Assembly: GCA_964564895.1 (NCBI GenBank)
Contig: CAZMCB010000002.1
Coordinates: 2,721-66,720, forward strand
Direction of reading: 5' to 3'
Source: an uncultured Pseudomonadales bacterium
Lineage (GTDB): Bacteria > Patescibacteriota > Microgenomatia > UBA1400 > MFAQ01
DNA: 64,000 nt
The translations under genes were made by a program, and so were the position numbers. This document shows positions 37,098 through 48,880 of this stretch, one piece after another. How positions within the stretch are numbered: position 1 is the first letter of the stretch; every line of letters starts with the position of its first letter. Below the pieces are notes generated by a model. The model saw only the letters and a program-made list of their open reading frames with translations, was not told the DNA's origin and ran no database searches.

Positions 37098-38045
37098 ATG
37101 GCTAAGAAACAAGCTTCAGACCTTACTCTTCGACTTCATATAAAGCGATATTTAAGCTTTATTGAGGTTGAAAAAAACTATAGCAAGTTTACTATCCGAA
37201 ACTACTCCCACTATCTCAAGGTTTTTCGAGATTGGTTTGAAAAACATTATGCACAAGAATATATCGAAAAGCTGACCTATGACATGGTCAGAAGATATAG
37301 ATTGTATTTGAGTCATTATGAAGACCAAAGAGGTAAGGAGCTCTCCCCTACTACTCAGTCATATTATGTAATCGCCTTGCGTGCATTTCTTAAATACTGT
37401 GCGAAAAGAGGCATAAAAACTTTATCGCCTGAAAAGGTTGATTTACCAAAAGGTGAAGGACATCAGATAAAGTTTTTGGATCGGGATCAGGTGGAGAGGC
37501 TTCTTACATCTCCAGATACTTCGACGATGGCCGGATTGCGTGACAGAGCGATCTTAGAAATTTTATTTTCTACTGGTCTTCGTGTGTCAGAGCTTGCAAA
37601 GCTTGATATCGACAAGATTGATTTGAAACAAAGAGAGTTTGGTATTATCGGTAAAGGTCGTCGATCTCGAGTGGTTTTTTTGACCACGCGCTCTTGTGAT
37701 TGGCTGGCAAAGTACTTGGATACGAGGACAGATCCGTATCGAGCCCTTTGGATTCGAATTCCAAAAAGTGGTGAGTGGGATCCGGGTATGGGAGGAGAAA
37801 ATGCACGTTTGTCTATTCGTGGAATCCAAAGAATTGTGGAGAAATATCGTAGAGCAGCGGGGCTACCTATTAAGGTGAGTCCTCATGTACTAAGACATTC
37901 ATTTGCTACGACTCTACTTCAACAAGGAGCAGATTTGCGTAGTGTTCAGGAAATGTTGGGTCACAAAAATGTGGCTACGACACAGATATATACCCACGTA
38001 ACCAATCCTCAACTGAAGCAGATTCATGATAAGTATTTGAAATAA
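37098..38045 (+). CDS. Xer-type tyrosine recombinase
   Basis: N-terminal SAM-like domain; TGLRVSEL, GKG, PHVLRHSFAT, LGH, TTQIYTH. Confidence 0.93.
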   Translation: MAKKQASDLTLRLHIKRYLSFIEVEKNYSKFTIRNYSHYLKVFRDWFEKHYAQEYIEKLTYDMVRRYRLYLSHYEDQRGKELSPTTQSYYVIALRAFLKYCAKRGIKTLSPEKVDLPKGEGHQIKFLDRDQVERLLTSPDTSTMAGLRDRAILEILFSTGLRVSELAKLDIDKIDLKQREFGIIGKGRRSRVVFLTTRSCDWLAKYLDTRTDPYRALWIRIPKSGEWDPGMGGENARLSIRGIQRIVEKYRRAAGLPIKVSPHVLRHSFATTLLQQGADLRSVQEMLGHKNVATTQIYTHVTNPQLKQIHDKYLK

Positions 38046-38067
38046 AAAAGCCCCGGTGAGGGGCTTT
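38044..38067 (-). terminator. Intrinsic terminator, module 12 (possibly bidirectional)
   Basis: A6-GCCCC-ggtga-GGGGC-TTT. Confidence 0.8.
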
Positions 38068-38071
38068 GAAG

Positions 38072-38497
38072 CTAAAAGAAGCTTTGGATATTCACTTTCC
38101 GTTCGAGTTCTGAGAGAGTACCCCAGTAGAATTGAGCGTGTATAGTGCCTTCAAAATATTCTTCTACCGGACCAAAGTTTATTCTTGTTTCGGAGTTGAG
38201 ATTTAAGGCGAATTTTAACTGCTGAATATGACGTTTGATATCCCAGATGGTTTCCAGATCAAAAGTGTGAGCATATCCTGTGTAACAATAAAGAGAGTTT
38301 GTATCTGATCGATACATACCTCTCGTTGTTTTGGTTAGAAAACTAGCTTCGTCTTCCCCGCTCCATCCTTCGTCTTTGAACCATTGGATGTGAGATCTAG
38401 GATCATTAAATTGGGAGACTTCGACTTTGCCTTCTCTAATGCAAAACATAATACGATTGCGATGGAAAGCAATCGTCTCTTCCGAGTATTGAACCAT
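38072..38497 (-). CDS. Orphan protein
   Basis: 141 aa; SD GAGGAGG. Confidence 0.7.
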   Translation of the reverse strand: MVQYSEETIAFHRNRIMFCIREGKVEVSQFNDPRSHIQWFKDEGWSGEDEASFLTKTTRGMYRSDTNSLYCYTGYAHTFDLETIWDIKRHIQQLKFALNLNSETRINFGPVEEYFEGTIHAQFYWGTLSELERKVNIQSFF

Positions 38498-38500
38498 TTG

Positions 38501-38561
38501 TCCTCCTCTGCTCTTTAGTAAAGTGCTTGGGAATGATATCTTATGATGACAAAAAATGCAA
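38501..38561 (-). promoter_or_regulatory. Module 12 leader
   Basis: TTGCAT-17-TATCAT; GCACTTTACTAA 38515-38526; GAGGAGG. Confidence 0.6.
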
Positions 38562-38570
38562 TACTACAGG

Positions 38571-39170
38571 TTATTTTTTGTTGGTAAACAGTCTACCATC
38601 TGGAAGTCTGCATTGTTCAGGATATGACTCTTGAATTGGGAAACCAGCTTCGACGCATTGATTGTAGCTTGTGATTGTTTTGATTAGGGCGTCGCAGATT
38701 TTCTTGCTACCCATGTCGCTTTTGGGCATACAGTCTAAGAGCTTTTCTCTGAGGGTCATTTCTCTTCTAGGGGAAACATCTGTCGTATTGTCGATACGAA
38801 GAAGGGCTTTTCTGATTTCGTATTGGCTTAGCACACCATCATAAGGTTCCCTATCTGGGATGATGCCGGTGTACATATTTTGAAGGGTGGCGTAGGCTTC
38901 TTGGCTTCTTAATCTGCCGAGCGTCCAGATGGCATCGTTTTTGTCGTGGAAAGATTCGGACTCATTGCCTAGAAGTTTCATAAGGGACTGAGGACAGCTA
39001 TCTTGATACTTTGTTTGGGCGTTTTTACAGACATTGTTAACGGCCACTTTAATGTCGATTGAGATTATTAATAAACTGATTATGATGAGAGAAAAACTAA
39101 TGGCAAGAGACCAGAATAATAATTTTCTTACTAGTAACCAGATGTTATTTCTAGCTGCCTTCTTTTTCAT
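38571..39170 (-). CDS. Membrane-anchored HEAT-like protein with C-terminal disulfide module
   Basis: N-terminal TM; AIWTLGRL; CVEAGFPIQESYPEQC..PDGRLF. Confidence 0.7.
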   Translation of the reverse strand: MKKKAARNNIWLLVRKLLFWSLAISFSLIIISLLIISIDIKVAVNNVCKNAQTKYQDSCPQSLMKLLGNESESFHDKNDAIWTLGRLRSQEAYATLQNMYTGIIPDREPYDGVLSQYEIRKALLRIDNTTDVSPRREMTLREKLLDCMPKSDMGSKKICDALIKTITSYNQCVEAGFPIQESYPEQCRLPDGRLFTNKK

Positions 39171-39331
39171 ATTTTGATACCTCTTTTGATAATCTCTTCA
39201 AATATCTTACCTTCTAACTTACGGCACTGGCAATTGCGAGCATGCTCTACATGCCAAGCAACTCGCTGGTCGAGGGTTGGATTTTTGGGCATGATGTTTT
39301 TAAGATGCCAGTCTTTGTTTATTTTGGACAT
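39167..39331 (-). CDS. 54-aa His/Cys-rich small protein (not in ORF track)
   Basis: MSKINKDWHLKNIMPKNPTLDQRVAWHVEHARNCQCRKLEGKIFEEIIKRGIKI; ATGA overlap with next gene; TAGAAT 4 nt before ATG. Confidence 0.75.
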   Translation of the reverse strand: MSKINKDWHLKNIMPKNPTLDQRVAWHVEHARNCQCRKLEGKIFEEIIKRGIKI

Positions 39332-39358
39332 AACTATTCTAATAGTAGCAAATGATGT

Positions 39359-39387
39359 AAAAAAAAGGCTCGCATTGCGCGAGCCTT
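39359..39387 (-). terminator. Intrinsic terminator, module 13
   Basis: A8-GGCTCGC-attgc-GCGAGCCTT. Confidence 0.85.
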
Positions 39388-39393
39388 ATGTTT

Positions 39394-39813
39394 CTATCTT
39401 GTTACTTTTTCTTCTGGTTCATCTTGTACTTTGGCATCTGAATCTGTTTCTTCGGTCTCAATTGAGTCGAAGGTATTACTATCGTCACCTACGACAAAAT
39501 GGTCACCAATATTAATTTTTTTCCACTTTGCTTCAGAGAGATAAAGATCGCCTTTAAGACCATCTTCGTCTTCAATTGTGATCACCCAGTCTTCGTCATC
39601 ATAATGAAATATGGGTATCATTGAAACAATTTTTCCAATGATAATTGGCATTATCTGGACCCAGGTACGCTCTTCTTCGTACCACTTGTCTATTACCTTA
39701 CCTGACTTGGGAAATGGTCGATTTCTATCCCAAATTAAGTAGCCAATCAAAAATAAAACAATCAGTATTAATAGACTGGCTAATACATAAAGAATGATCA
39801 TTAATGCGTCCAT
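39394..39813 (-). CDS. Orphan membrane-anchored OB-like protein
   Basis: N-terminal TM; GKVIDKW..W..INIGD; SD AAAGGAG. Confidence 0.7.
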   Translation of the reverse strand: MDALMIILYVLASLLILIVLFLIGYLIWDRNRPFPKSGKVIDKWYEEERTWVQIMPIIIGKIVSMIPIFHYDDEDWVITIEDEDGLKGDLYLSEAKWKKINIGDHFVVGDDSNTFDSIETEETDSDAKVQDEPEEKVTR

Positions 39814-39841
39814 GAGTCTCCTTTTTGCTTGTGTTTCTCAG

Positions 39842-40072
39842 TTATTCTTTCAGGGAAAAGGTAATACTGTTTATTGAAATTCCCCTTCCTGAAGATGACT
39901 GTGTGACGTGGATTATTGGTGGGCCATCAATTTCTTCAATAGGGTTTTCGGCTTTCCAGTCTAAAACAAGTTGAGCAAGTAGCTCGAAATTATCGTATAC
40001 TGTCCCCTCTTTTTTGACGGGAATGCAGACCTGATTACCAAGTCTTTTTACTGGCAGTTTTTTGTCAGCCAC
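39842..40072 (-). CDS. Orphan protein
   Basis: 76 aa; GTG start after AGGAGG. Confidence 0.65.
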   Translation of the reverse strand: MADKKLPVKRLGNQVCIPVKKEGTVYDNFELLAQLVLDWKAENPIEEIDGPPIIHVTQSSSGRGISINSITFSLKE

Positions 40073-40076
40073 GATT

Positions 40077-40140
40077 CCTCCTATGAACCTAGAAAATTAA
40101 CGTACGGGAATATTATACTATATTATGGGCTATAAGTCAA
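40077..40140 (-). promoter_or_regulatory. Module 13 leader
   Basis: TTGACT-17-TATAAT (40140/40117); GTACGTTAATT 40095-40105; AGGAGG. Confidence 0.65.
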
Positions 40141-40163
40141 GGCTGGTGGCCACAGTATCCTTC

Positions 40164-42788
40164 TTATTCTTCTTCGGAGTCGGAGACTGTAGTGACGGCG
40201 GCAACAGAGTCTCCATCTTTGGCGAAGCGCATAAGGATGACTCCTTGGGTAGCTCTACCGAGACGTGGAATATTCTTGATTGGAAGCTTGATCGCCAGAC
40301 CTTGAGAGGTAGTGATAAGAAGTACTTCTGAGTCTTGGTCTACAAGTAAGGCACCTGAGAGTTTGCCTGTTTTGTCGGTGGTTTCACACACCTTCAAGCC
40401 TTGGCCAGATCTATTTTGAACTGGATACTCTGGAAGAGGTGTGCGTTTGCCCATACCGTTTTCGGTAACGACAAGAAGGTCTCGGAAGAGTTTGACTCGT
40501 TTGTCTGTGGAAACTGGCTCTTCTGGAGCAAATACATCCATAGAGATAACGAAGTCATCTCCTTTGAGTAGAATACCTCTAACCCCTTGAGTGTCTCTAT
40601 CGGTTGGACGGACATCTTGTTCGTTGAAGCGAATGGATTTACCTTCTTTGGAGACCAAGAGAATGTGGTCTGATCCAGAAGTCTGATTGACCCAGACAAG
40701 ATTGTCATTGTCTTGAAGCTTGATGGCTATCAATCCATTACTCTTGATATTTTCGTATTTAGCGAGTGCTGTTCTCTTGACGACACCAGCTTTGGTGGTG
40801 AAGAAAAGGAATTGATTCTTTTCTACTTGCTTAGGCATGGGGAGAATACTCTTGATGGTCTCATCTGTTTCGATGTTGATGAGATTGATGATGGCTTGGC
40901 CCTTGCTGATGCGACTGCCTTCGGGAAGTTCCCATACCTTAAGAGCAAATACTTTACCCTTACTGGTGAAGACTAAGAGCCTGTCGTGAGTGTTTGCATT
41001 GGTTAATAGCTGAATCTCGTCTGTCTCTTTGATGGTCATACCGGAGACTCCTTTACCTCCCCTCTTTTGAGTGCGGAAGGTAGAAAGAGGCATGCGTTTG
41101 ATGTAGCCTGATTTGGTGAGAGTAACGATGGTTTCTTCTGAAGGAATTAAGTCTTCTTCTGAAAGAGACCCTGGAGCTGAAGCAATTATCTGTGTTCTTC
41201 TCTTCTCAGGGTAGTCTGCAGCTAATTTGTTGAGCTCTTCTTTAATTATTTCGAAAACTTTCTGAGGATCTTTCAAGACTGCAACTAGTTTTTCGATGGT
41301 TTTCATCAATTCTTGGTACTCGGCCTCGATTTTTTGACGCTCAAGAGCGGCAAGTCGTCGTAGCTGCATTTCCAAAATAGCTAGGGATTGAATCTCGGTG
41401 AGCTTGAATTTCTCCATAAGGTTCTTCTTGGCGGTATCACTATCTGGACTCTTTTTGATGGTTTCAATGACATCATCGATGTTAGCAAGAGCAATGAGTA
41501 ACCCTTCCAAGATATGAGCTCTATCCTTGGCGGACTTGAGATCAAACTGCGAACGGCGAACAACGACCATTTGTCTGTGAGCTGTAAACTCCATGAGAAT
41601 CTGCTTGAGGTTTAGAAGATGAGGTGTGCCATCAGACATAAGAGCCACGACATTGGCGGGGAAATTGGTTTGAAGCTCGGTGTGTTTGAAAAGATTATTA
41701 AGAACACTCTTAGGCTTGGCGTCTTTTTTGAGATCGACGACGACTGTCATACCATGTCTATCAGACTCATCGCGAAGATCCGAGATACCATCAATTCTCT
41801 TCTTTTTTACTAGTTCGGCTATGTCAGTTATAAGCTTGGCTTTGTTTACTTGGTATGGAAGCTGCGTGATTAGAATTTGGAAACGGCCATTTTTCTTTTC
41901 AACAATCTCGGCAACGCCACGCATAATAATACTGGCCTTGCCTGTGGAGTAAAGCTTCTTGATTTCATTGGTGTCGTAGATGATGCCAGAAGTTGGGAAA
42001 TCTGGTCCTTTGATATGTTGACAAAGTTCATCTATCTCGATATCAGACTCAAGAGAACCGATTAGATTTTTGTAGCTAGTGGTATGGAGATCAGCATCTT
42101 CAACTGGGGTTGTGGCACTAACCTTACTTCGATCAATTAAAGTGTTGATGGCCTTAACAACTTCCAATAAATTATGTGGTGGAATCTTTGTTGCCATACC
42201 GACAGCGATACCGTCTGATCCCATGAGAAGAAGATTTGGAAGCTTAGCGGGAAGAACTAATGGTTCTTGTTGTGAGCCATCAAAGTTGTCACCAAAATCG
42301 ACTGTATTTTTATCGATATCCTCTAATAGTTCACTAGCAATTTTGCTGAGACGTGCCTCGGTGTAACGCATGGCAGCAGCAGAGTCGCCATCGATACTTC
42401 CAAAGTTTCCTTGACCATCAACCAAGGGATAACGCATGGAGAAGTCTTGAGCTAGACGGACCATGGTTTGGTAAACGGCAGTATCTCCGTGTGGATGATA
42501 TTTACCTAAAACTTCACCAACAATACGAGCAGACTTTTTGTAAGCACTTTTGTGGGTAATACCCATGTTTTTCATGGCGTATAAGATGCGGCGATGAACT
42601 GGTTTTAGACCATCACGAACATCAGGAAGAGCACGAGAAACGATAACAGACATGGCATAGTCGAGGTAACTTCTCTCCATCTCTTCGACTATTGGAGCTT
42701 GTTTTATAAGCCCCCATTCAGTGTTTTCTTCTTGAGGCTTTATTGGTGTGGTGATGTCTGTTTGGATATCTTCGTTTTGGTCTTCCAT
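40164..42788 (-). CDS. gyrA: DNA gyrase subunit A
   Basis: [14 protein letters not shown], GyrA-box QKRGGKG. Confidence 0.98.
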   Translation of the reverse strand: MEDQNEDIQTDITTPIKPQEENTEWGLIKQAPIVEEMERSYLDYAMSVIVSRALPDVRDGLKPVHRRILYAMKNMGITHKSAYKKSARIVGEVLGKYHPHGDTAVYQTMVRLAQDFSMRYPLVDGQGNFGSIDGDSAAAMRYTEARLSKIASELLEDIDKNTVDFGDNFDGSQQEPLVLPAKLPNLLLMGSDGIAVGMATKIPPHNLLEVVKAINTLIDRSKVSATTPVEDADLHTTSYKNLIGSLESDIEIDELCQHIKGPDFPTSGIIYDTNEIKKLYSTGKASIIMRGVAEIVEKKNGRFQILITQLPYQVNKAKLITDIAELVKKKRIDGISDLRDESDRHGMTVVVDLKKDAKPKSVLNNLFKHTELQTNFPANVVALMSDGTPHLLNLKQILMEFTAHRQMVVVRRSQFDLKSAKDRAHILEGLLIALANIDDVIETIKKSPDSDTAKKNLMEKFKLTEIQSLAILEMQLRRLAALERQKIEAEYQELMKTIEKLVAVLKDPQKVFEIIKEELNKLAADYPEKRRTQIIASAPGSLSEEDLIPSEETIVTLTKSGYIKRMPLSTFRTQKRGGKGVSGMTIKETDEIQLLTNANTHDRLLVFTSKGKVFALKVWELPEGSRISKGQAIINLINIETDETIKSILPMPKQVEKNQFLFFTTKAGVVKRTALAKYENIKSNGLIAIKLQDNDNLVWVNQTSGSDHILLVSKEGKSIRFNEQDVRPTDRDTQGVRGILLKGDDFVISMDVFAPEEPVSTDKRVKLFRDLLVVTENGMGKRTPLPEYPVQNRSGQGLKVCETTDKTGKLSGALLVDQDSEVLLITTSQGLAIKLPIKNIPRLGRATQGVILMRFAKDGDSVAAVTTVSDSEEE

Positions 42789-42794
42789 ATTATT

Positions 42795-43331
42795 TTATTT
42801 TTGAAAATGTTGATGGTAACGTTTAATTGCTTCGTTTAAAGTAATTTTGGCTTCTTCGACTGATAGGTAGCCATTGAGGTCTACCCATTTTCCAGGTTCA
42901 TTAATTTTGTAGTTTTTGTAGAAGTACTCAATGTTTGTGAGAGTTTCTTTATCAAGAGTATCTGTGTCTTGGATTGCAGTAAAGACGGGGTCTTTTTCTG
43001 AAAAAGGAACAACTATTAATTTTCCATCTTTGCCACTTTGGTCTATTGTCTCAAGCAAGCCGACAATCCTGGCTTGTAATACAGTACCTGTTGGAAAGAC
43101 CTTGGAGCTTATGATGGCGACGTCTAGCGGATCATTGTCGTTGCTCCATGTTTCGGGAACAAAGCCATAATTAAAGGGAAAAGAAAGATTGGAGCTTAAT
43201 ACTCTATCTAATACAAATTTTTCTTGATCTACTTTGTACTCAGTTTTTTTGTTTGATCCTTTGGGAATCTCAACGACAACATTGACTGTGTTGTTATTTC
43301 CGAATGCATTAATTGAGTGAAGTAGATTCAT
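42795..43331 (-). CDS. ppa: Inorganic pyrophosphatase (family I)
   Basis: EIPKG..K.EY, NYGFVP.T, DNDPLD, YK. Confidence 0.95.
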   Translation of the reverse strand: MNLLHSINAFGNNNTVNVVVEIPKGSNKKTEYKVDQEKFVLDRVLSSNLSFPFNYGFVPETWSNDNDPLDVAIISSKVFPTGTVLQARIVGLLETIDQSGKDGKLIVVPFSEKDPVFTAIQDTDTLDKETLTNIEYFYKNYKINEPGKWVDLNGYLSVEEAKITLNEAIKRYHQHFQK

Positions 43332-43334
43332 TAT

Positions 43335-45341
<2,007 letters not shown>

Positions 45342-45397
45342 TCATTTTAACGGTTAAGCACTAACACATCAAGTACATCTCCCAGTACAATAAGTTA

Positions 45398-46027
45398 ATG
45401 TTACCAAAGATTATCGTGGTTGGCACGTATGAAAGAGAGGCTCTCTTGTCTTCTTTGGGACTTACGACGGCAAAGACTTTAGGATATGAAGGTGGTGAAG
45501 GTAAGATAGACGATTTGCGACGTTTTATCAACTTTGGGATGAATGTTTCTGAAGGAAATGAGTCAATGGGGTTGATTGTATGGGATGCGGATAAGCTTTC
45601 TCCTGAGTGTCAGGCTGTTTTACTTAAACCCTTGGAAAGTGTTTCTGACACGATGTATATTTATCTTGTTGCATCAAACGAAAATGGATTATTACCTACT
45701 ATTATTTCAAGATGTTTGATCGATTATCATACTGAACTTGAAACTAAAAATAATAGTTATTGGAAAGAGATACTGGATTGTTTTTCAAAAGGACCTTCTC
45801 GCTGTTTGGCTTTGGCTGATGAGATGGAAAAAACGGAAATGGAGGTTGCTTTGGAAGAGATGATAAATAAATTAAAGCTAGGTTTGGAGTCTTCGGTTAA
45901 TAAAAATAGATTAAAGGTGCTTAAATTGTCCATCGATTGTTTGGCAAATCTGAAACATACAAACGTAAATGCTAAATTGGCATTTGGAAATTTTTTGATT
46001 AGTTCGTGGAGACTCGTAAAGTCGTAG
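45398..46027 (+). CDS. holB: DNA polymerase III delta'-like subunit
   Basis: ADKLSPECQAVLLKPLE, LLPTIISRC. Confidence 0.75.
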   Translation: MLPKIIVVGTYEREALLSSLGLTTAKTLGYEGGEGKIDDLRRFINFGMNVSEGNESMGLIVWDADKLSPECQAVLLKPLESVSDTMYIYLVASNENGLLPTIISRCLIDYHTELETKNNSYWKEILDCFSKGPSRCLALADEMEKTEMEVALEEMINKLKLGLESSVNKNRLKVLKLSIDCLANLKHTNVNAKLAFGNFLISSWRLVKS

Positions 46028-46049
46028 ATATATTTGGTATATTTAAAGT

Positions 46050-47810
46050 ATGGATTATCAGGAAACTGCCCTACTGGATTATCTTGTCTCGTCGGGAAAG
46101 CTGACTCAAGAAAAAGTAAACGATTTAAAGATTGAGGCGGTTACATCAGGAAAGACCCTAACAGAACTACTTATCGAGAAGAGATTGGTGGATGAGCGTG
46201 GTTTGGCTGAGGCAAAGGCAAAGGTACTAGGTATCCCCTATTTTTCTGAGAGCAAAATATCAGTTGATCCTGATTTAATTAGTTTAATCTCTGTAGATCT
46301 GGCTCGTAATTATCAAGTGGTTCCATATAATCTTGATAAACAAAATAAGATTTTGAGTCTTATTATGGTTAAGCCTGAAGAGCTTTCCACAGTTGATTTT
46401 TTCCAGAAAAGGACTGGATTTGCCATAAAATCGCTACTCACATCAAAGGAAAACTTGGACACTTTGATAGCTAATGTTTATAGTCAAAGTTTGTCAGGTG
46501 AGATTTCTGGAGTCTTGAAAAGAGGTAAAGAAACGGCTGATGAAGAAGGTGTTCGTTTGGTTACTTCAGATACTATTTCTCAAATAATTAAGGAACCAAA
46601 GATTGTCGAGATTGTGCGAAAAATTTTGGAACACGCAATTCGTCTTCGTGCATCTGATATTCATATTGAACCAATGGAAAATATCACTCGAGTTCGCTAC
46701 CGAATCGATGGTATTTTGGAAGAAAAGTTAACTTTGGACAAAGATTATCACGCCTCTCTGATTTCTCGTATAAAGATTTTGTCTGGAATGAAGATTGATG
46801 AGAAACGTATCCCTCAGGACGGACGTTTTAATTTTCAATCTGAGTGGGGTGAGGTTGATCTGCGTATCTCTTCCCTACCGACCGTAAATGGAGAGAAGAT
46901 TGTTATGCGTTTACTCAAAAAAACAGATAAAGTTCCTACTCTTGGTGAGCTTGGACTACGAGGGAAAGCTCTTACTACTCTGGAAGAAGCTATCCGAATC
47001 CCTCATGGAATTATATTAGCTACTGGTCCAACAGGTTCTGGTAAAACAACGACTCTTTACTCTATTTTAACTATGGTGAACTCGCCAAAAGTAAACATTG
47101 TGGCACTAGAAGACCCTGTCGAGTATCAAATTGGCGGTGTAAATCAGGTGCAGATTAATCCACAAGCAGGACTAACTTTTGCTTCGGGACTGCGTTCTTT
47201 TCTTCGTCAAGATCCAAACATTATTATGGTTGGAGAAATTCGTGATGAGGAAACTGCTCAGTTGGCAGTACAAGCTTCTCTCACCGGTCACTTGGTGTTT
47301 TCAACTGTTCATACAAACTCGGCTGCAGGTGCTCTCCCCCGTCTTTTGGATATGGGAGCTGAACCGTTTTTGCTTTCTTCGTCAATGACGGCTGTGATCG
47401 GTCAACGTGTGCTACGTACTATTTGTGATAAATGTAAGACAGCTTATGTTCCTGAGGAGGGTGTGGCTGAAGATATTGAAAAAGTATTAGGGAATTTATT
47501 ACCTGGTTGGATTAAGTCTAACCCAATAAAAGCGGCTGAAGCAGCGAAAAATAATGCCCCATTTATGCTTTATAAAGGAGCTGGTTGTGATAAATGTGGA
47601 GGTTCTGGATACTACGGACGAATTGGTATTTATGAAGTTTTGAAGGTAACTGAAAAGGTTGCTCGTCTTATCATGGAACGAGCAGATGCAACGATGGTAG
47701 AAAAAGCAGCTACTGACGACGGAATGATTATCATGAAACAAGATGGTTATCTGAAAGTGTTAGAAGGAGTAACCACTCTTGAAGAAGTTATTAGAGTGGC
47801 TCAAGTTTAA
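46050..47810 (+). CDS. pilB: Type IV pilus assembly ATPase
   Basis: ASDIHIEP, GPTGSGKTTTLY, LRQDPNIIMVGEIRD, Zn tetracysteine. Confidence 0.95.
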   Translation: MDYQETALLDYLVSSGKLTQEKVNDLKIEAVTSGKTLTELLIEKRLVDERGLAEAKAKVLGIPYFSESKISVDPDLISLISVDLARNYQVVPYNLDKQNKILSLIMVKPEELSTVDFFQKRTGFAIKSLLTSKENLDTLIANVYSQSLSGEISGVLKRGKETADEEGVRLVTSDTISQIIKEPKIVEIVRKILEHAIRLRASDIHIEPMENITRVRYRIDGILEEKLTLDKDYHASLISRIKILSGMKIDEKRIPQDGRFNFQSEWGEVDLRISSLPTVNGEKIVMRLLKKTDKVPTLGELGLRGKALTTLEEAIRIPHGIILATGPTGSGKTTTLYSILTMVNSPKVNIVALEDPVEYQIGGVNQVQINPQAGLTFASGLRSFLRQDPNIIMVGEIRDEETAQLAVQASLTGHLVFSTVHTNSAAGALPRLLDMGAEPFLLSSSMTAVIGQRVLRTICDKCKTAYVPEEGVAEDIEKVLGNLLPGWIKSNPIKAAEAAKNNAPFMLYKGAGCDKCGGSGYYGRIGIYEVLKVTEKVARLIMERADATMVEKAATDDGMIIMKQDGYLKVLEGVTTLEEVIRVAQV

Positions 47811-48880
47811 TGGAAAAATCTAATTTAGTTACACAACTTTTAACACTGGCTTCTGAGAAAAATGCATCGGACTTGCATCTTGTGGCCGATTCATATCCTA
47901 TCTTTAGAATCATGGGGAAACTAGTTCCATATCAAGAGGCTGGTGTAATTAGTTCTACTGCTTTGATGGGACATATCACTAGTATGATGTCTGCTTCTCA
48001 AAAAGAAATATTCTTAAATGAACTGGAAATTGATTTTTCGGTGACTGTGTCTGGAAAATTTCGTTTTAGAGCTAACGCATATTTTCAGAGAGGATTACCA
48101 GCTATTTCACTACGCTATATTCCAAATGTTATCCCGAGTATTGATTCACTAGGACTTCCTGCAATTTGTCATGCTTTTGCCAAACTCAAGCAGGGATTTG
48201 TAATTGTAACTGGACCTACTGGATCAGGAAAATCTACGACTGTTGCTGCTGTAATTGATGAGATTAATGCTCTAAGGTCGGAACATATTGTAACGATTGA
48301 AGACCCAGTTGAGTTTATTCATGCCAATAAAAAATCTATTGTGAGTCAGCGTGAAATGGGAACAGATACAAAATCATGGGATACGGCATTAAAGTCTGTT
48401 TTGCGACAAGATCCAAATATTGTATATATTGGTGAGATGCGAGATGCAGAGACCATGGAAGCAGCTATGACTGTAGCTGAGACAGGGCACTTGGTATTTG
48501 CAACTTTGCACACGAATTCAGCTTCACAAACAATTGAGCGTATTGTGGATAGTTTTCCTGAGGATCAACAGCCTCAGATAGTATTGCAGCTTTCGATGGT
48601 TCTTGAGGCTGTTTTATCTCAAAGATTGATTCCAACCGTTGATGGAAAAAGAACTGTGGCTACTGAGATATTGATTGCTACACCTGCTGTTCGAAATAAT
48701 ATTCGTGAAGGAAAGACATTCCAGATTGATAATGTGATCCAGACAAGCGGAAACTTGGGAATGAGCTTACTAGAGCAGAGTTTGGCTAACTTGATAAATA
48801 CAAATGTGATTGATCGATCTGTGGCTTTGGAGTATGCAATTCGTCCAGCTGTATTAGACAAGATGGTTGTTAAAAAATGA
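47810..48880 (+). CDS. pilT: Type IV pilus retraction ATPase
   Basis: GPTGSGKST, TIEDPVE, AETGHLVFATLHT, AVRNNIRE. Confidence 0.95.
   Translation: MEKSNLVTQLLTLASEKNASDLHLVADSYPIFRIMGKLVPYQEAGVISSTALMGHITSMMSASQKEIFLNELEIDFSVTVSGKFRFRANAYFQRGLPAISLRYIPNVIPSIDSLGLPAICHAFAKLKQGFVIVTGPTGSGKSTTVAAVIDEINALRSEHIVTIEDPVEFIHANKKSIVSQREMGTDTKSWDTALKSVLRQDPNIVYIGEMRDAETMEAAMTVAETGHLVFATLHTNSASQTIERIVDSFPEDQQPQIVLQLSMVLEAVLSQRLIPTVDGKRTVATEILIATPAVRNNIREGKTFQIDNVIQTSGNLGMSLLEQSLANLINTNVIDRSVALEYAIRPAVLDKMVVKK

Noticed and set aside
36203-40140. Integron or prophage centred on the tyrosine recombinase
   Set aside because: The protein looks Xer-like with no evident IntI insert; the hairpins are U-tailed terminators without attC RYYYAAC/GTTRRRY ends; no phage genes.
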